A stretch of DNA of 64,000 nucleotides from the NCBI GenBank assembly GCA_017686895.1, contig GCA_017686895.1_4521.1; one strand, written 5' to 3'. The position numbers and the translations under genes were made by a program. Every line of letters begins with the position of its first letter. Positions within the stretch are counted from its first letter, which is position 1. Below the pieces are notes generated by a model, which worked only from the letters and a program-made list of their open reading frames with translations, did no database searches and was not told where the DNA came from. Shown one piece after another: positions 9,302 to 18,541 of this stretch. The DNA is from a phage.

Positions 9302-10200
9302 TGGCTATTTTCCGCGTACCAATCTTGAGTATGCGGTCTTATGAAACTGGACAGTATGCTATCCTTAAGGATGGCAACTTCCAACTTCATTTGCACCGTG
9401 CTAATCCAGGTGATGTGATTACATATCCACGTAATGCATCTGATATTAAAGAATGCGAACGTCTTTTCCCAGAATTTAAGTTTGTTCCATTATGGTATAA
9501 AGATAACGCGTATAACACTCGTAAATATTTCTGGTCTGAAAATGAATTTGTGGTTGATTCATTAATTGCTTATTATGATTGTGATTTTCTAATCACAGAT
9601 ATCACCGGATATGACGGCGCTTTTGATGTGGAATTCAATTTCAATATCACTGCAGACCCTAATAAACCACGTTTTTATATTGACGAATTCTTAAAAACTG
9701 ATATGTTGTCGGTTAATCGTTCACTTCAAACTACTGTGTTGAATGAACGTCAAAAAGAAGTGCTGGTTAACGCAGGTGCAGATGGTAATAAGATTATCGT
9801 AACGCAGAAAGTTATACGTCCTTCCATCATGCAGCGTCTTGTAGGTGATTTGGCTCCTATTCATCTAGATGGTATTTTTCATCCATTTCGAATTAGTGAC
9901 CCGTGCTATCGTTTTGAACAAGTGGTTGAATGTGCAATTCAATTAGGCCAACCGCTTTATATAACCGATCCAAATAATAGCTTCGACAGAAATAAGTATC
10001 CTGAAGAAGCATTGATTCGAATTTTTAAACCAACTAAAACTGAGTACTATCAAATTCTTAAAGGACGTCCGAAGATTCAATATTTCGAAAATCCTGAAGA
10101 AGTATTCCATCCAGGTCTTGGTGAGTTCATCTACTTTAATGCTTTAATTTCTTCGCCGTATAATATACCTAAATATGAAGATGTCGTAATCGAGGAATAA
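9301..10200 (+). CDS. Hypothetical protein (occupies the T4 beta-glucosyltransferase position)
   Basis: 299-aa ORF, TAATG coupled to the hydroxymethylase gene; no recognisable motif. Confidence 0.55.
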   Translation: MAIFRVPILSMRSYETGQYAILKDGNFQLHLHRANPGDVITYPRNASDIKECERLFPEFKFVPLWYKDNAYNTRKYFWSENEFVVDSLIAYYDCDFLITDITGYDGAFDVEFNFNITADPNKPRFYIDEFLKTDMLSVNRSLQTTVLNERQKEVLVNAGADGNKIIVTQKVIRPSIMQRLVGDLAPIHLDGIFHPFRISDPCYRFEQVVECAIQLGQPLYITDPNNSFDRNKYPEEALIRIFKPTKTEYYQILKGRPKIQYFENPEEVFHPGLGEFIYFNALISSPYNIPKYEDVVIEE

Positions 10201-10201
10201 A

Positions 10202-10750
10202 ATGGCTAAAATTATTTTAGTAGATGGCCCGGATAATGCTGGTAAAACAACTTTCATTAATGACATAATGGAAATTAGTGAAAGATATGTAAAGATTGAT
10301 TTCCCTAAACGAACAGTTGATGGACGTTTCGATGTTAAGTCTCGAAATGAAGTTGGCTGTTTCGAAACTATGTTGAATTATTTAGACCCTACTAAGATTT
10401 ATCTATTAGACCGTGGATATATTAGTAACTGGGTTTATGGACGTATTCGACAAGATGCGGACTCGGTTCTTGACGTTTATGAACAGGATTATGTTCGTCT
10501 TTGCCAAAACCATGATGTGTTCACAATTATTTTAACACGTAACGAAATGACTGAAAGTTTTGAAGACGACCTTATTACTTTGTCTTCATTCGGTTTTAAT
10601 ACAGTAATTTCACATTTTGAAGAGTTTGCAATTCATAACGAAATCCAAACGTATCAATTACTTAATCATGATGGTGCTAACAAAGTTATAGGATTTAATG
10701 CAAGCGAACGTAATAATTTGATTACAGAAATCATCAAATGGGCTCGTTAA
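10202..10750 (+). CDS. P-loop NTPase, nucleotide/nucleoside kinase-like
   Basis: Walker A GPDNAGKTT near N-terminus; 182 aa. Confidence 0.55.
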   Translation: MAKIILVDGPDNAGKTTFINDIMEISERYVKIDFPKRTVDGRFDVKSRNEVGCFETMLNYLDPTKIYLLDRGYISNWVYGRIRQDADSVLDVYEQDYVRLCQNHDVFTIILTRNEMTESFEDDLITLSSFGFNTVISHFEEFAIHNEIQTYQLLNHDGANKVIGFNASERNNLITEIIKWAR

Positions 10751-10767
10751 GAGCCATTTAAAGTTTT

Positions 10768-10795
10768 AAATGCTGTATAACCCTTAGTATATAAT
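10768..10795 (+). promoter_or_regulatory. Candidate middle promoter for uvsX (MotA-box-like AAATGCTGTA plus TATAAT)
   Basis: Box 12 bp upstream of TATAAT 10790-10795. Confidence 0.4.
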
Positions 10796-10848
10796 CATCT
10801 TATCTTTTAAACATGAGTAAAATATAATGATGCCTATGGAAAAATACA

Positions 10849-12021
10849 ATGTCTGATTTAAAATCTCGTCTGATTAAAGCTTCTACTTCTAAAATGACTG
10901 CAGACTTGACTAAGTCTAAGCTGTTTAATAATCGTGATGAAGTCCCTACTCGTATTCCAATGTTGAATATTGCACTAGGTGGTGCACTGAATGCAGGGTT
11001 GCAATCAGGCTTAACTATTTTTGCTGCTCCTTCTAAACATTTTAAAACGTTGTTTGGGCTGACCATGGTTGCAGCATATATGAAGAAATATAAAGATGCA
11101 ATCTGTTTGTTTTATGACTCAGAATTCGGTGCTTCAGAATCTTACTTCCGTTCGATGGGTGTTGATTTAGACCGTGTAGTTCATACTCCGATTCAATCCG
11201 TCGAACAACTTAAAGTTGATATGACTAATCAGCTTGACGCGATTGAACGCGGCGATAAAGTTATTATCTTTATCGATTCAATCGGTAATACTGCATCTAA
11301 GAAAGAAACCGAAGATGCGTTGAACGAGAAAGTTGTAGGTGATATGTCTCGTGCTAAGGCACTTAAATCTCTTTTCCGTATTGTGACTCCTTATCTGACT
11401 ATTAAAGATATTCCGTGTGTTGCAATTAACCATACTGCAATGGAAATTGGCGGATTGTATCCTAAAGAGATTATGGGCGGTGGTACAGGTATTCTTTATT
11501 CCGCCAACACGGTATTTTTTATCTCTAAACGTCAGGTTAAAGAAGGTACAGAATTGACCGGTTATGACTTCACGTTGAAAGCAGAAAAATCTCGTACAGT
11601 TAAAGAGAAATCTACTTTCCCGATCACGGTTAATTTCGACGGTGGTATCGACCCATTCAGTGGCTTGTTAGAAATGGCAACTGAAATCGGTTTTGTGGTT
11701 AAGCCTAAAGCTGGTTGGTATGCTCGCGAATTCCTTGACGAAGAAACAGGTGAAATGATTCGTGAAGAAAAATCATGGCGTGCTAAAGCTACTGATTGTG
11801 TAGAATTCTGGGGACCTTTGTTTAAACATAAGCCTTTCCGTGACGCAATTGAAACTAAATATAAACTAGGTGCTATCTCTTCTATTAAAGAAGTTGATGA
11901 CGCTGTTAACGACCTTATTAATTGCAAAGCAACAACTAAAGTTCCGGTTAAAACTTCTAATGCTCCGTCTGCAGCAGATATAGAAAACGACCTTGACGAA
12001 ATGGAAGATTTCGATGAATAA
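10849..12021 (+). CDS. uvsX: Recombinase UvsX (RecA-like)
   Basis: 390 aa; syntenic with T4 uvsX; RecA-type Walker motifs. Confidence 0.92.
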   Translation: MSDLKSRLIKASTSKMTADLTKSKLFNNRDEVPTRIPMLNIALGGALNAGLQSGLTIFAAPSKHFKTLFGLTMVAAYMKKYKDAICLFYDSEFGASESYFRSMGVDLDRVVHTPIQSVEQLKVDMTNQLDAIERGDKVIIFIDSIGNTASKKETEDALNEKVVGDMSRAKALKSLFRIVTPYLTIKDIPCVAINHTAMEIGGLYPKEIMGGGTGILYSANTVFFISKRQVKEGTELTGYDFTLKAEKSRTVKEKSTFPITVNFDGGIDPFSGLLEMATEIGFVVKPKAGWYAREFLDEETGEMIREEKSWRAKATDCVEFWGPLFKHKPFRDAIETKYKLGAISSIKEVDDAVNDLINCKATTKVPVKTSNAPSAADIENDLDEMEDFDE

Positions 12022-12355
12022 TCTCGATGATTTAAATCTAGAAATCGTTGATGAATCCCCTTCTTCGGAAGGGGAGGACATTCGCAAAGAACGAGTGTTT
12101 AATGAATCTCTTAAAATTATCCGTTCAGCAATGGAAAATGTCATTCAAGAGATTCTGATTACACTTGAAGACGGTTCCCATCATATAGTCTATATTACAA
12201 AACTAGACTGGGTTGATGGTAAAATCGTAATGGACTTTGCAGTTCTTGACCAGGACAGAAAAGCAGAACTTGCACCACACGTTGAAAAATGTGTTACAAT
12301 GCAAGTACAACAAGCTTTTAATGAACGAACCAAGAAAAAATTTAAATTCTTTTAA
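11993..12355 (+). CDS. 40: gp40-like protein
   Basis: 120-aa ORF between uvsX and 41 as in T4. Confidence 0.5.
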   Translation: MTKWKISMNNLDDLNLEIVDESPSSEGEDIRKERVFNESLKIIRSAMENVIQEILITLEDGSHHIVYITKLDWVDGKIVMDFAVLDQDRKAELAPHVEKCVTMQVQQAFNERTKKKFKFF

Positions 12356-12364
12356 GGAGTTATC

Positions 12365-13807
12365 GTGGTAGAAATTATTTTGTCTCATCTAGTATACGAC
12401 CAGGCTTATTTTTCTAAGGTCTGGCCTTATATGGATTCTGACTATTTTGAGCGTGGACCGGCAAAAAATGTCTTTAAAATTATAAAGAGCCACGTTAACG
12501 AATATAATGCAATGCCATCTATCAATGCGTTAAAGGTGGCTTTAGATAACAGTTCTTTAACTGAAGCCGAATATAAAGGAACTTCAGACCTAATTGAAAA
12601 ATTGGCTGATACTCCTGAAGACCATGAATGGTTGGTTAAAGAAACTGAGAAATATATCCAGCAAAAAGCGATGTATAATGCTACATCCAAAATCATTGAG
12701 ATTCAGTCTAATGCTGAACTACCTCCGGAACAACGTAACAAGAAAATGCCTGACGTAGGAGCTATTCCTGATATTATGCGTCAAGCACTTTCAATTTCGT
12801 TCGATAGTTATGTTGGGCATGACTGGATGGAAGACTATGAAGCACGTTGGCTTTCTTATCTAAATAAAGCACGTAAGGTCCCGTTCAAATTAAACATTTT
12901 GAATAAAATCACCAAAGGCGGCGCAGAAACAGGTACACTAAACGTTTTAATGGCTGGTGTTAACGTCGGTAAATCTTTAGGCCTTTGTTCACTTGCTGCA
13001 GATTATCTTCAAACAGGTCATAATGTTCTTTATATTTCCATGGAAATGGCTGAAGAAGTTTGTGCTAAGCGTATAGATGCAAACATGCTTGACGTATCAC
13101 TCGATGATATCGATGATGGTAACATATCTTATGCTGAATATAAAGCCAAGATGGAAAAATGGCGTTCAAAAACAACATTAGGACGTTTAGTAGTTAAACA
13201 GTATCCTACTGGCGGAGCTAATGCTAATACATTCCGTGCATTGCTTAATGAGTTAAAACTTAAGAAGAACTTTGTGCCATCTGTAATCATGGTTGATTAC
13301 TTAGGTATTTGTGGGTCTTGTCGTATCAGAGTTTACACTGAAAATAGCTACACATTAGTTAAAGCTATCGCAGAAGAACTTCGTGCATTAGCAGTAGAAT
13401 CTGAAACAGTTCTATGGACTGCAGCTCAAGTAGGACGTGCAGCATGGGATGCTTCAGACATGAACATGAGTGATATCGCAGAATCAGCAGGTTTACCAGC
13501 AACGGCAGATTTCATGTTGGCTGTAATTGAAACCGAAGAACTTGCACAAGCTGAACAACAACTTATCAAACAAATCAAATCACGATACGGCGATAAGAAT
13601 AAGTGGAATAAATTCCTGATGGGTGTACGTAAAGGCAATCAGAAATGGGTTGAGATTGAGCAAGAAGGCATGAACACACCTAACACAGTAAATGAAAACG
13701 CAGGTGCTCAGATGCGTCAGGCAGAGGTGAATCGTACGGAACGCGTAGGTAAAGCCAAAGCAACACGTGCTGACCTAGATAGCTTAGCCAATGAGTTAAA
13801 ATTTTAA
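12365..13807 (+). CDS. 41: Replicative DNA helicase gp41 (DnaB-like)
   Basis: 480 aa; starts MVEIILSHL like T4 gp41; GTG start codon 7 nt after AAGGAG. Confidence 0.93.
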   Translation: MVEIILSHLVYDQAYFSKVWPYMDSDYFERGPAKNVFKIIKSHVNEYNAMPSINALKVALDNSSLTEAEYKGTSDLIEKLADTPEDHEWLVKETEKYIQQKAMYNATSKIIEIQSNAELPPEQRNKKMPDVGAIPDIMRQALSISFDSYVGHDWMEDYEARWLSYLNKARKVPFKLNILNKITKGGAETGTLNVLMAGVNVGKSLGLCSLAADYLQTGHNVLYISMEMAEEVCAKRIDANMLDVSLDDIDDGNISYAEYKAKMEKWRSKTTLGRLVVKQYPTGGANANTFRALLNELKLKKNFVPSVIMVDYLGICGSCRIRVYTENSYTLVKAIAEELRALAVESETVLWTAAQVGRAAWDASDMNMSDIAESAGLPATADFMLAVIETEELAQAEQQLIKQIKSRYGDKNKWNKFLMGVRKGNQKWVEIEQEGMNTPNTVNENAGAQMRQAEVNRTERVGKAKATRADLDSLANELKF

Positions 13808-13813
13808 TAAAAA

Positions 13814-13829
13814 GGAGACTTCGGTCTCC
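13814..13829 (+). terminator. UUCG-tetraloop hairpin (GGAGAC-TTCG-GTCTCC) after gene 41
   Basis: Perfect 6-bp stem, TTCG loop, followed by TTT. Confidence 0.5.
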
Positions 13830-13836
13830 TTTCGGG

Positions 13837-13866
13837 GTTTACATCTTCCTCTAGGCATGATATGAT
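13837..13866 (+). promoter_or_regulatory. Early-type promoter GTTTAC-N18-TATGAT
   Basis: Spacer contains TTCCTCT, complementary to the downstream SD AGAGGAA (13883-13889). Confidence 0.5.
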
Positions 13867-13895
13867 GTACTTACACAAACCAAGAGGAAAACATT

Positions 13896-14270
13896 ATGAA
13901 TATGTCTCAAGCAATTTTTACTGCAATCACCGAAAACACAACTGTTGAAGTAGTTTCTCCGCTGGCAACCTACGTTATTCTTGCTCCTAAAACTATTGTA
14001 TCTCGTATGGAAAACACAGGCAAACGTATCGTACAAATAGTTGGAGCTGGAAATCAAAAACTTGATTATCTACGAACCATCAAAGCTTACGAACATTTCC
14101 AACTCGAAAAAGGTTCTCCTATCCAGGTAGAACTCGTAAATGGTGATATCGTTCGAGCAATGTTCCATCATTTCTATGCATTGAATGACCCATCTAAAGC
14201 GGTTCGTTTAATTGCATATGACGCAAACCAAAACGAAATCAACGCAGATATATCTAAATTACATTTTTAA
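13896..14270 (+). CDS. Hypothetical protein
   Basis: 124-aa ORF with SD AGAGGAA. Confidence 0.5.
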   Translation: MNMSQAIFTAITENTTVEVVSPLATYVILAPKTIVSRMENTGKRIVQIVGAGNQKLDYLRTIKAYEHFQLEKGSPIQVELVNGDIVRAMFHHFYALNDPSKAVRLIAYDANQNEINADISKLHF

Positions 14271-14299
14271 GTTTACTTCTCCAGTAGTTGTGTTATTAT
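14271..14299 (+). promoter_or_regulatory. Early-type promoter GTTTAC-N17-TATTAT embedded in a 12-bp inverted repeat
   Basis: Arms CTCCAGTAGTTG (14279-14290) and CAACTACTGGAG (14308-14319) flank the -10; the downstream arm contains the SD. Confidence 0.55.
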
Positions 14300-14325
14300 A
14301 GACCTATCAACTACTGGAGAACAAA

Positions 14326-14643
14326 ATGAAAACCATCGATTGTAAAGCAGAATTTAAGATTTTTTATCACGGTTCAAGTAGTTCAGCTAACATCGAAAAC
14401 ATGCTTTGTCCTCCTGAAGAAACAGGAGTTCTGTCTGAAACTGGACGTAAGAAAAACTTGGATCGTGTATTCTTTACTGAAGATATCGGTTTAGCAAAGA
14501 TTTATGCAGGACGAGCAGCACGCTCTTATGGAGGTGAACCACGTCTCTATCGAGTAATTTCTCCGGTAGATGTAGTTCAAATGAATGATACTAAAGGCGC
14601 TACAGTTTATCACGCTGAATGGGCATTTTGCGAGGAAATATGA
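14326..14643 (+). CDS. Hypothetical protein
   Basis: 105-aa ORF. Confidence 0.5.
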   Translation: MKTIDCKAEFKIFYHGSSSSANIENMLCPPEETGVLSETGRKKNLDRVFFTEDIGLAKIYAGRAARSYGGEPRLYRVISPVDVVQMNDTKGATVYHAEWAFCEEI

Positions 14644-14831
14644 GCAAATTAACTAAAGTTACTTTTATCGGTTGGTTTAAAAGCGGTGAGATGTTCACTA
14701 AAGATATCATGTTATCAGGTGATCGCGAAGAAATCGAGTGGGTTACGGTACAACTTGCTGAAGTGAACAATGCATTAGTTAAAGCATTTATTAATGACGA
14801 GAAAGTTTTTGAAGCTGATTTCAGAGGATAA
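14640..14831 (+). CDS. Small protein, possibly Dmd (61.5)-like antitoxin
   Basis: 63 aa from ATG 14640 (SD GAGGAAA, ATGA overlap); position next to gene 41 and motifs KVTFIGWF, NALVKAFI resemble my uncertain recollection of T4 Dmd. Confidence 0.35.
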   Translation: MSKLTKVTFIGWFKSGEMFTKDIMLSGDREEIEWVTVQLAEVNNALVKAFINDEKVFEADFRG

Positions 14832-14832
14832 T

Positions 14833-15045
14833 ATGTATTCAACTGTGTTTAAACCATCAACATACGAATTTGCATCAACTACACAATGGAAAGCTCTTAT
14901 TCTGGAAGGATGGGAACTAATGATGGACTGCGAAGCATCTGAAAAGTTTCCACACGGCAAAGTGGACTTCGTTAAATTTGCTGTACGTCCGACTAAACGA
15001 CAGATTCGTCAAGAAAAACGCAAATTTCGAAAAAGTTTAAAATAG
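14833..15045 (+). CDS. Hypothetical protein
   Basis: 70 aa from ATG 14833 (SD GAGGA); basic C-terminus. Confidence 0.4.
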   Translation: MYSTVFKPSTYEFASTTQWKALILEGWELMMDCEASEKFPHGKVDFVKFAVRPTKRQIRQEKRKFRKSLK

Positions 15046-15047
15046 CT

Positions 15048-15077
15048 GTTTACAAGCACCACATACTGTGTTACTAT
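15048..15077 (+). promoter_or_regulatory. Early-type promoter GTTTAC-N18-TACTAT
   Basis: Followed by the CTATCAACTAC element shared with the 14300 promoter. Confidence 0.4.
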
Positions 15078-15105
15078 CTTTCTATCAACTACAGAGGAAA
15101 TTGAA

Positions 15106-15474
15106 ATGAAAAAATTAATCGCTTTAGCAATGGTATTTGGATTAACCGGATGTGGTGCCCATGGCTTTATCCCTAATAACGTCGGCCAATTGATTTACAA
15201 TCCGAATGTTAAACAGTACGACCAACCTAAAGTTGAAGTGGAAGACCCGGTTACTGTAGGTAATCGAATGATTCAAGCTGATGCCCATGCTCAACGTTAT
15301 CGTGACTCTGATACCGTAGCATTGTCAAAAGAACAACGCGTTAAAGAACATTGTCTACAGGCTACTGAAATCGCATTCATTCGCTATGTTGAAACAACTG
15401 GTAAAGAGCCTACCCAGAAACAAATCGCGAATAACTACGTCCAGTGTATTGAACGTTTAAACAAATTTAATTAA
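15106..15474 (+). CDS. Putative lipoprotein
   Basis: Signal peptide with lipobox LTGC (MKKLIALAMVFGLTGCG). Confidence 0.6.
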   Translation: MKKLIALAMVFGLTGCGAHGFIPNNVGQLIYNPNVKQYDQPKVEVEDPVTVGNRMIQADAHAQRYRDSDTVALSKEQRVKEHCLQATEIAFIRYVETTGKEPTQKQIANNYVQCIERLNKFN

Positions 15475-15535
15475 TTGGTTTACACCAAAGTTAAAATAAG
15501 ATACTATAAACATAACAAATCAAGAGGAAATTAAC

Positions 15536-15784
15536 ATGGAATTATTCGTAGCTAGTTCAGTAGCAGTTTTAATCGCAGGTATTGGTTCAATCATCATTTA
15601 CATGTTGCCTTGGGTAATCGCACTTATTCGTGGCACAAAAAGCACAACAGCAATCTTCTTTGTATCTTTACTCTTTAACTGGACGATGGTTGGTTGGATT
15701 GGAACTTTAATTTGGTCTATCGTTGCCGAAAAGAAATCTGCTCAGCAGCCTCAACAAGTAATTATTATTCGCGAAAAAGAATAA
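15536..15784 (+). CDS. Superinfection-immunity (Imm)-family small membrane protein
   Basis: YMLPWVIALIRG...NWTMVGWIGTLIWSI matches the Imm-family signature as I recall it. Confidence 0.55.
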   Translation: MELFVASSVAVLIAGIGSIIIYMLPWVIALIRGTKSTTAIFFVSLLFNWTMVGWIGTLIWSIVAEKKSAQQPQQVIIIREKE

Positions 15785-15788
15785 ACTT

Positions 15789-15818
15789 GTTTACATTATA
15801 GATGGACTATAGTATAGT
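15789..15818 (+). promoter_or_regulatory. Early-type promoter GTTTAC-N18-TATAGT
   Basis: Followed by AGTCCTATCAA box; imperfect inverted repeat GGACTA/TAGTCC around the -10. Confidence 0.45.
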
Positions 15819-15847
15819 AGTCCTATCAAATTAACTAAGGAGTTAAA

Positions 15848-16141
15848 ATGAAAAAGTTATCATTGGCAGCAATCTTACTTGCAGTATCATGTGCACCGGC
15901 TCCAGTTACGGCAGGTTATGATAAAGACCTCTGTGAGTGGTCAATGACTGCAAATCAAGAAGATGTTGAACAACAAATCTTCTCTGATATCATGAACATC
16001 ACTAAACGAGACCGTCCTAATATGGTTAATAAAGTTGTTGAACAACTTAAGTCTGGCGGTATCATGCAGTACAATTATGTTTTGTATTGTGACCCTAATT
16101 TCGATAACAAAGATATCGTAACCGAAATCACAGGTGAATAA
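15848..16141 (+). CDS. Secreted small protein, Spackle (sp/61.3)-like by size and position
   Basis: 97 aa with N-terminal signal peptide (MKKLSLAAILLAVSCAPA); T4 sp is about this size in this interval. Confidence 0.4.
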   Translation: MKKLSLAAILLAVSCAPAPVTAGYDKDLCEWSMTANQEDVEQQIFSDIMNITKRDRPNMVNKVVEQLKSGGIMQYNYVLYCDPNFDNKDIVTEITGE

Positions 16142-16793
16142 TATGATTTATTACATGCACAAAAACGCACCATTTAAATATGGTAAATTTCCTAATGCAC
16201 AATGTTATAATATAACGCCGAACGAAAATAATAACGGATATCATATTGGTGTAATTTTTGTAATTGTTAAAGATAACGAAATCGTTGCCTGGGCCGATTT
16301 TAAAGGTACAACATATGATGTTAATCCTGTGCCTTTCACATATTACAATATAATGGATTTGGCATATGATTATAATTGGTTTAATCATGACGCGTTGGCT
16401 CATATTGAAGGTGTAGGATTTGACATCTCTTATTCTAGCTATTCATTATGTCCTATGAGCAGGGCTCATGGTAAAGATGCATCATATCTTTCATTTCGGA
16501 AACGTGTAAACTTCAAACGTAGTACAGAGTATGTTGGCGGACTCTTTGTTAAAGATAATAAAATAACCCGTATTAGTTATCCTTTAAGTGTAGGTCAAAA
16601 AGATGTTGATGTTGATTTAGACTTAACTGAAAATAACATTAATCGTATTGCTTCTGTATATTTTGATATCGATGAAAAAATTGTAGTGTGTGGATACGAA
16701 TTACCACCTGAAGAAAAGGCTGAAGCAGTTGAAGTCGAATTAGAAATTTCTGTTGATGACCAAATATTTAATGCATTTATGAATCGAGGTTAA
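16134..16793 (+). CDS. Hypothetical protein (61.2 position)
   Basis: 219-aa ORF. Confidence 0.5.
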   Translation: MNNMIYYMHKNAPFKYGKFPNAQCYNITPNENNNGYHIGVIFVIVKDNEIVAWADFKGTTYDVNPVPFTYYNIMDLAYDYNWFNHDALAHIEGVGFDISYSSYSLCPMSRAHGKDASYLSFRKRVNFKRSTEYVGGLFVKDNKITRISYPLSVGQKDVDVDLDLTENNINRIASVYFDIDEKIVVCGYELPPEEKAEAVEVELEISVDDQIFNAFMNRG

Positions 16794-16794
16794 A

Positions 16795-16992
16795 ATGACT
16801 ACTGCAATTTGCACTGGTTCTAAAATTAGTGTTTTTACAAGTTTTGAAGATTATGAAGTTGTTTCAAAACACCAACGCCATATTAGCGTAAAAGCTAATG
16901 ACGGTGTAATTTGGAATATTCCACAGTATGAAGGCACTACATATGAAGTCACAGATATAAATGGTGACAAAGCAATCTTTGTAATTGATTAA
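16795..16992 (+). CDS. Hypothetical protein
   Basis: 65-aa ORF. Confidence 0.4.
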   Translation: MTTAICTGSKISVFTSFEDYEVVSKHQRHISVKANDGVIWNIPQYEGTTYEVTDINGDKAIFVID

Positions 16993-17011
16993 ATATACTC
17001 AGGAGGTACCT

Positions 17012-17479
17012 ATGGGTATTATTAACACTGCAATAGATTCTGTTTACGCATATAAGTTTATTCGACTAATGCAAAAACCTTTTACTGAATGGAAAGCGTA
17101 TGAAGCCAAAATCATCGATGAACGTGGGAGTGTTCTTAAACGCCCTTCCACTCCTGAAGAGAAAGCGGCTTATACACCTTTTCATGCTTCAGTTCGTTCA
17201 ATGAAGCGAATGATGAGCACTGTTCCAGGTCTTAATGGAATGGCCTCAATGATGTCTGCCTGGAGTGCTGTAGCTTCACGCTATAACATTACGGAAGAAC
17301 AACAGAAAGAAATATTTAAAGAACTCCCTTTATTTGAGGATATGGTTGCTGGTGATTCAGGTGGCAGCCCTCAAGCTATTGCATCAGGAACAACTACAGG
17401 TGCAGTAGTAAATAAAGGTCCAGAACAAATTCCTTCCAAGAAAAGAAAGCGAATTAAAGTAAATATTAATAAGTTGTGA
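17012..17479 (+). CDS. Hypothetical protein
   Basis: 155 aa from ATG 17012 (SD AGGAGG). Confidence 0.5.
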   Translation: MGIINTAIDSVYAYKFIRLMQKPFTEWKAYEAKIIDERGSVLKRPSTPEEKAAYTPFHASVRSMKRMMSTVPGLNGMASMMSAWSAVASRYNITEEQQKEIFKELPLFEDMVAGDSGGSPQAIASGTTTGAVVNKGPEQIPSKKRKRIKVNINKL

Positions 17480-17518
17480 TATGATGGCCTTATTAATTTA
17501 AGGCCTCTGGAGAATACT

Positions 17519-18541
17519 ATGGCTGAATGGATAGATAATGAATTTGCTTATCGTGCGTTTTCTCACCTACCTCGTTTTAGACAAATCAATAATTCAAGCA
17601 CATTTAAATTAACATTTCGATGTCCAGTTTGTGGCGACTCCCAGACAGATGCAATGAAAGCTCGCGGATGGTATTATGGTGGAACTCCAGGTAATGTGCA
17701 TTGCTATAACTGTCAATATCATAATACAATTTCCGGATACTTAAAAGAGTATGATGAAGAGCTTTATCGCGAATATCTAATGGAAGTTCGTAAAGAAAAA
17801 GCTAGAATGGAACCAAAGATTGAAAAGGTTCCTGAAGCTAAGCCGGAACCAGAGAAAAAGACTATAAATTCTTTGCCGTCTTGTTCTCGTCTGGACAAGC
17901 TGCCCGAAGAGCATCCTATTGTGAAATATGTTAAGTCTCGGTGTATTCCTAAAGAATCATGGAACAGATTATGGTTCACATTAGAATGGCCTAAATTGGT
18001 CAACAAGATTCAACCTGGTACGTATAAGAAAGAGATTCCCGAACCACGTTTAGTGATTCCTATTTTTAATAAAGATGGGAAGGCCGAGTCATTCCAAGGA
18101 CGTGCACTTCGTAAAGATGCTCCTCAGAAATATATCACTATTAAAGCGTTTGAGTCTGCAACAAAAATTTATGGTGTTGAACGTGTTAAGGAAGGGGACG
18201 TCTGGGTAATGGAAGGCCCTATTGATAGTTTATTCATACCCAATGCAATCGCTATTACAGGCGGCTCGATAGATTTAGATGTGGTACCATTTAAAGAACG
18301 TCGGGTATGGGTAATGGATAATGAACCTAGGCATCCGGATACTATAGCTCGTATGAAGCGATTAGTTGATGCAGGCGAACGTGTCATGTTCTGGGACCGA
18401 GCTCCATGGAGATCAAAGGATGTGAATGATATGGTAATGAAAGAAAATGCAACACCACAAGAAATTTTAGAATATATGAAACAGAATATTTCAAGTGGGT
18501 TGCATGCTAAAATGAGATTATCTCGTTATTCGAAGATTTAA
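17519..18541 (+). CDS. 61: DNA primase gp61
   Basis: 340 aa; zinc-ribbon CPVCGDSQTD...CYNCQYHN; syntenic with T4 61. Confidence 0.9.
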   Translation: MAEWIDNEFAYRAFSHLPRFRQINNSSTFKLTFRCPVCGDSQTDAMKARGWYYGGTPGNVHCYNCQYHNTISGYLKEYDEELYREYLMEVRKEKARMEPKIEKVPEAKPEPEKKTINSLPSCSRLDKLPEEHPIVKYVKSRCIPKESWNRLWFTLEWPKLVNKIQPGTYKKEIPEPRLVIPIFNKDGKAESFQGRALRKDAPQKYITIKAFESATKIYGVERVKEGDVWVMEGPIDSLFIPNAIAITGGSIDLDVVPFKERRVWVMDNEPRHPDTIARMKRLVDAGERVMFWDRAPWRSKDVNDMVMKENATPQEILEYMKQNISSGLHAKMRLSRYSKI

